A DNA stretch of 64,000 nt, taken from an uncultured Thermoplasmata archaeon (lineage in GTDB: Archaea; Thermoplasmatota; Thermoplasmata; RBG-16-68-12). Position 1 is the stretch's first letter; every line of letters starts with the position of its first letter. A model generated the notes under the pieces. It saw only the letters and a program-made list of their open reading frames with translations, made no database searches and was not told the origin of the DNA. Of this stretch, positions 60,912 to 64,000 are shown piece by piece. The stretch spans positions 96,001 to 160,000 of the forward strand of contig CAVYJM010000006.1 in NCBI GenBank assembly GCA_963768855.1, written 5' to 3'. Both the position numbers and the translations under genes were made by a program.

Positions 60912-61705
60912 TGGACCGCAAGGATCTCTCCCAGGCGTGGATCGTCGCCGTCTACGAGATCCGCAAGTACCTCCGCGGACGCCGGCTCCTCGGCATGCTC
61001 GTCCTTGTGGCGCTCATCGTCGGCTTGCTCCTCGGCCTGCCGCCGGTCCTCGGCGCGTCCTACGCCACCACCCCGGACGCCTTCGTCGCGACCTTCACGG
61101 AGTTCGCGGGCATCCTGATCGTCCTCTGCGGCGCGCTCTTTGCCGCGGACGCCCTGAGCTCGGAGCACGAGAAGCGCACGGGCTACTTCCTCTTCCCGAA
61201 CCCGGTGCGGCGCGAGACGATCGTCGCGGGGAAGTTCCTCGCCAGCCTGGCGGCGTCCGGCTTCATCGTCCTACTGTATTACGCGGCCGCCTCGATCTCC
61301 GCGTGGGCGATCACGGGCGGCGTAACGGTCGACATCGCCCTGTCCGCGCTCTACGCCCTCGCGTACACCGTCTGCGTGATCAGTGTCGCCTTTCTGCTTT
61401 CCGCCCTTCTCAAGGGGACGGTGACGGCGACCGTGCTCACGTTCTTCCTCTTCACTCTCGTATTCACTCTGATCGAGGGCCTCTTGCGCGCCGCCTCCGT
61501 CTCCCCGTGGTTCCTGCCCAGCGCCGCGTCGGGGATCATCGGGGATGTCTTGGCGCCGCCGACCGCCCTCCCGGGACCCGCGGGTCGATTCACCGCAGGC
61601 TTCGTGCCGGATGTGCCGACGTCGCTCGCCGTCTTCGGCGGGTACTTCCTCGCGAGCCTCGTGGTCGCGATCCTGCTATTCCGGAGACGGGAGCTCAAGA
61701 GCTGA
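60908..61705 (+). CDS. ABC-2 type permease
   Basis: Six TM helices; ALSSEHEKRTGYFLFPNPVRRETIVAGKF. Confidence 0.9.
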   Translation: MMDRKDLSQAWIVAVYEIRKYLRGRRLLGMLVLVALIVGLLLGLPPVLGASYATTPDAFVATFTEFAGILIVLCGALFAADALSSEHEKRTGYFLFPNPVRRETIVAGKFLASLAASGFIVLLYYAAASISAWAITGGVTVDIALSALYALAYTVCVISVAFLLSALLKGTVTATVLTFFLFTLVFTLIEGLLRAASVSPWFLPSAASGIIGDVLAPPTALPGPAGRFTAGFVPDVPTSLAVFGGYFLASLVVAILLFRRRELKS

Positions 61706-61792
61706 GACGACCGACCGCCTCGCCTCCAACGTCGCGACGGCAAGCTCTTAGACCGTGAGCCCGGTGCCGGCGCGGAGCGACGGAGGCCCCCG

Positions 61793-63085
61793 ATGTTGAC
61801 GGCCGAGGAGACCCGGGTCCTGGAGCGGATTGAGGAGGGGCGGGGCGATCTCGTGGCCCTCCTCGGGAGCCTCGTGCGCTTCCGCACGGTCTCCCCTCTC
61901 CTTGGGGAGCGGGCGGAGGGTCCGGACTACCGCAATCTGCAAGCCTTCGTCTCAGCACGCCTCGAACGGCTCGGGTTCGACGTCGAGACGTGGGAGGCGG
62001 ACGCGGCCTCCCTCGAATCTTTTCCCGGCTCCGGCGTCGTGAAGGACCGTGACTTGGGCAACATGCCCATCCTCGTCGGGCGGCGCGCGGGTCGCGGTCG
62101 TTCCCTCCTGCTGAACGCCCATTACGATGTTGTCCCGCCGGGCGTGCTGGAGAACTGGCGCCATCCGCCCTTCGAGGGCGTCGTCGAGGATGGGCGGATT
62201 TACGGGCGGGGGACCTGCGACATGAAGGGCGGCATCGCCGCGATGCTCCACGCACTCGAGTGCATTCTCACCGCGGATGCGGCGATCCCTGGCCCGCTCA
62301 TCTTCGAATCGGTCCCGGACGAGGAGCAGACCTCCATGGGCACGCTCGCCTGTTGCCAGCGCGGCATCCGCGCGGACGCCGCGATCATCCCCGAGCCCAC
62401 GGACCTCCAGGTGCTCGTCGCGGTCCGCGGCTCCTTCAGCGGCAAGATCGTTGTTACGGGCCGCGCTGGCCACTCCGAAATTGCCCAGCCTCCCTGGCAG
62501 GAGGGCGGCGCTGTGAACGCGATCGAGATGGCGATGAAGGTCGTGCAGGCCCTCGAGTCGCTCAACGAGGAATGGAAGGCGAAGCCGGAGAAGCATCACA
62601 AGTTCCTCGACCCGGACGTCATCGTGCCGACGATGATCCGCGGGGGCGAGTGGGAGGTCATGTATCCCGAGCGCGTTGAGATCACGTTCACGTCGGACTT
62701 CGTGCCCGCCACGAAGGACATCCGCGGCGAGATCCAGGCTATGCTCGATCGCGTGGCGCAGTCCGATCCCTGGATGCGGGAGCATCCGCCCTTCCTGGAC
62801 GCGGGCGACTACCTGTATGCCGCCGAGGTCCGCGAGGACGAGCCGATCGTCCGGACCGCGTCGATCGCGCTCGAAGACCTGGGGATTCCGCCGAAGCCGG
62901 TCGGCTTCGGCAGCCTGACGGACATGATCCACCTGGTGAACTACTCGAAGGTCCCGACCACCTCGATCGGGCCGTCGTACCGCACGGCGCACAGGGCGGA
63001 CGAGAACGTCACGATCGACGAGCTCGTCGCGACGGCGAAGGCCCTCGCCCTGACGATCCTCCGTTGGAGCGGCCCGCCCCAGTGA
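61793..63085 (+). CDS. M20/M25/M40 metallo-hydrolase (ArgE/DapE-like)
   Basis: LLLNAHYDVVP, YGRGTCDMKGG, DEE and GP...AHRADE motifs. Confidence 0.92.
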   Translation: MLTAEETRVLERIEEGRGDLVALLGSLVRFRTVSPLLGERAEGPDYRNLQAFVSARLERLGFDVETWEADAASLESFPGSGVVKDRDLGNMPILVGRRAGRGRSLLLNAHYDVVPPGVLENWRHPPFEGVVEDGRIYGRGTCDMKGGIAAMLHALECILTADAAIPGPLIFESVPDEEQTSMGTLACCQRGIRADAAIIPEPTDLQVLVAVRGSFSGKIVVTGRAGHSEIAQPPWQEGGAVNAIEMAMKVVQALESLNEEWKAKPEKHHKFLDPDVIVPTMIRGGEWEVMYPERVEITFTSDFVPATKDIRGEIQAMLDRVAQSDPWMREHPPFLDAGDYLYAAEVREDEPIVRTASIALEDLGIPPKPVGFGSLTDMIHLVNYSKVPTTSIGPSYRTAHRADENVTIDELVATAKALALTILRWSGPPQ

Positions 63086-63579
63086 TCAGGGTCCCTCGAT
63101 CCCCGGTCGCTTGTTCAGCGCCGCACGCTCGATTACCCGGCGGATGCGCCGTTCGCGCGTCTCCGGTTTCTTCGCGTCCATGACCCAGAAGATGTAGCTC
63201 GCCTGGAACGAGCCGCCCCAGGCGCGGAAGTTCTTCCAGGCGGCCGGGTTCGCGCGCAGGGCGCTTCCGAGGTAGGACGGCATCCGCGGTTTGCGGCTCG
63301 GCCGACGGGCGCGGACCCACTGTCCGTTCGCCTTCGCCGCTTCGATGGTCGCGAGGCCCGCAGGGTGACCTTCCCCTCGCGGATCAGGCGCGTCATGCGT
63401 CCCCGGTTCGACTCGGACCAGATGCTATCCGCCTTCCTCGGAGAAAAGCGCAGCAGGAAGGTCGTCGCGTCGTGGGCCCTGAGCTTCCCGTCGATCCAGC
63501 CAAAGCAGAGCGCCTCCTCGAGGGCCTCTTCGTAGTGCAGGCCGCCGGGCACGGCCTTCTTCGCCAGAACGAGCACCAC
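63086..63579 (-). CDS. YdeI/OmpD-associated (bacteriocin-protection) family protein; frameshift near 63370; start probably upstream of 63579
   Basis: [16 protein letters not shown]...[14 protein letters not shown], then [12 protein letters not shown]...[18 protein letters not shown]. Confidence 0.88.
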
Positions 63580-63776
63580 CTCCGTCGTGCCGGCGTGGTT
63601 CGCTTCGAGCCACGCATGCCACGCCCCGCGCCCCGAGAACCGGAGTGGCTCGGATGCTCATCCGTTGCCCGGATACCGCGTCGCCGAATCAAGCTTCTCG
63701 GCGTACTGCTGACGCCCTCCCGTTCCCTTTCCAAGCCCGAAGCCTTCTTAAACCACCGGCCCTTCCGCGGTCCGTC

Positions 63777-63926
63777 ATGGCCCGCTTCCCGGAAGCCGAG
63801 CGGCGTCTGCTGCTCAAGAAGATCTGCATGCAGTGCTACGCGCGCAATGCGCCGCGGGCCACGCGCTGCCGGAAGTGCGGGAGCACGGAGCTCCGCCCGA
63901 AGGCCAAGGAAGCGCGGAAGGAGTAG
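63777..63926 (+). CDS. rpl40e: 50S ribosomal protein L40e
   Basis: [45 protein letters not shown]; TATA-like box upstream. Confidence 0.95.
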   Translation: MARFPEAERRLLLKKICMQCYARNAPRATRCRKCGSTELRPKAKEARKE

Positions 63927-64000
63927 GCGTTCGCCTGCGGTCGCGATCCCAACCCGGCCCGCGTGGCGAATGCGTTCTTGAAGTCGTCCCCCGGACAGGC

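Noticed and set aside
50311-64000. Archaeal block as genuine cargo of the bacterial island
   Set aside because: The mid-gene breaks on both sides, the absence of mobility signals and the different error rate favour misassembly; kept only as a hypothesis to test with reads.
63927-64000. tRNA or ncRNA after rpl40e
   Set aside because: No cloverleaf or T-loop consensus in the remaining 74 nt.

Overview
The window joins DNA from two different organisms. Bases 1 to ~50,310 are from a high-GC alphaproteobacterium (Hyphomicrobiales-like; the genus is not determinable here). This part carries housekeeping genes (scpA, nagZ, mutL, pgi, two M16 peptidases, putA, uup, cbpA/cbpM, cobU/cobO), dispersed palindromic repeats, a locus of secreted Gly/Ser/Thr-rich proteins plus a probable tandem beta-barrel OMP, and several toxin-antitoxin or defence-like genes. 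It also has a tRNA-Ser(CGA) into which a plasmid-like element has integrated (tyrosine integrase + excisionase, RepA with iterons, ParA, MOBQ relaxase with oriT, Fic and ParE TA modules, a Tn3 transposon). The most unusual cargo is a translationally coupled pair: a B12-binding radical SAM enzyme and a divergent uracil-DNA-glycosylase-fold protein. At ~50,310 a TpsB (ShlB/FhaC) gene breaks mid-frame into the 3' half of an FAD oxidoreductase. From there to the end the DNA is archaeal (TFB, TBP, ribosomal L35Ae and L40e, TATA-box promoters), so the join is most likely an assembly chimera. The bacterial part has dozens of single-base frameshifts, including in housekeeping genes, most consistent with uncorrected long-read indel errors; many coordinates are therefore reconstructions across frames. 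All family assignments come from motif recognition by eye, with no database search.
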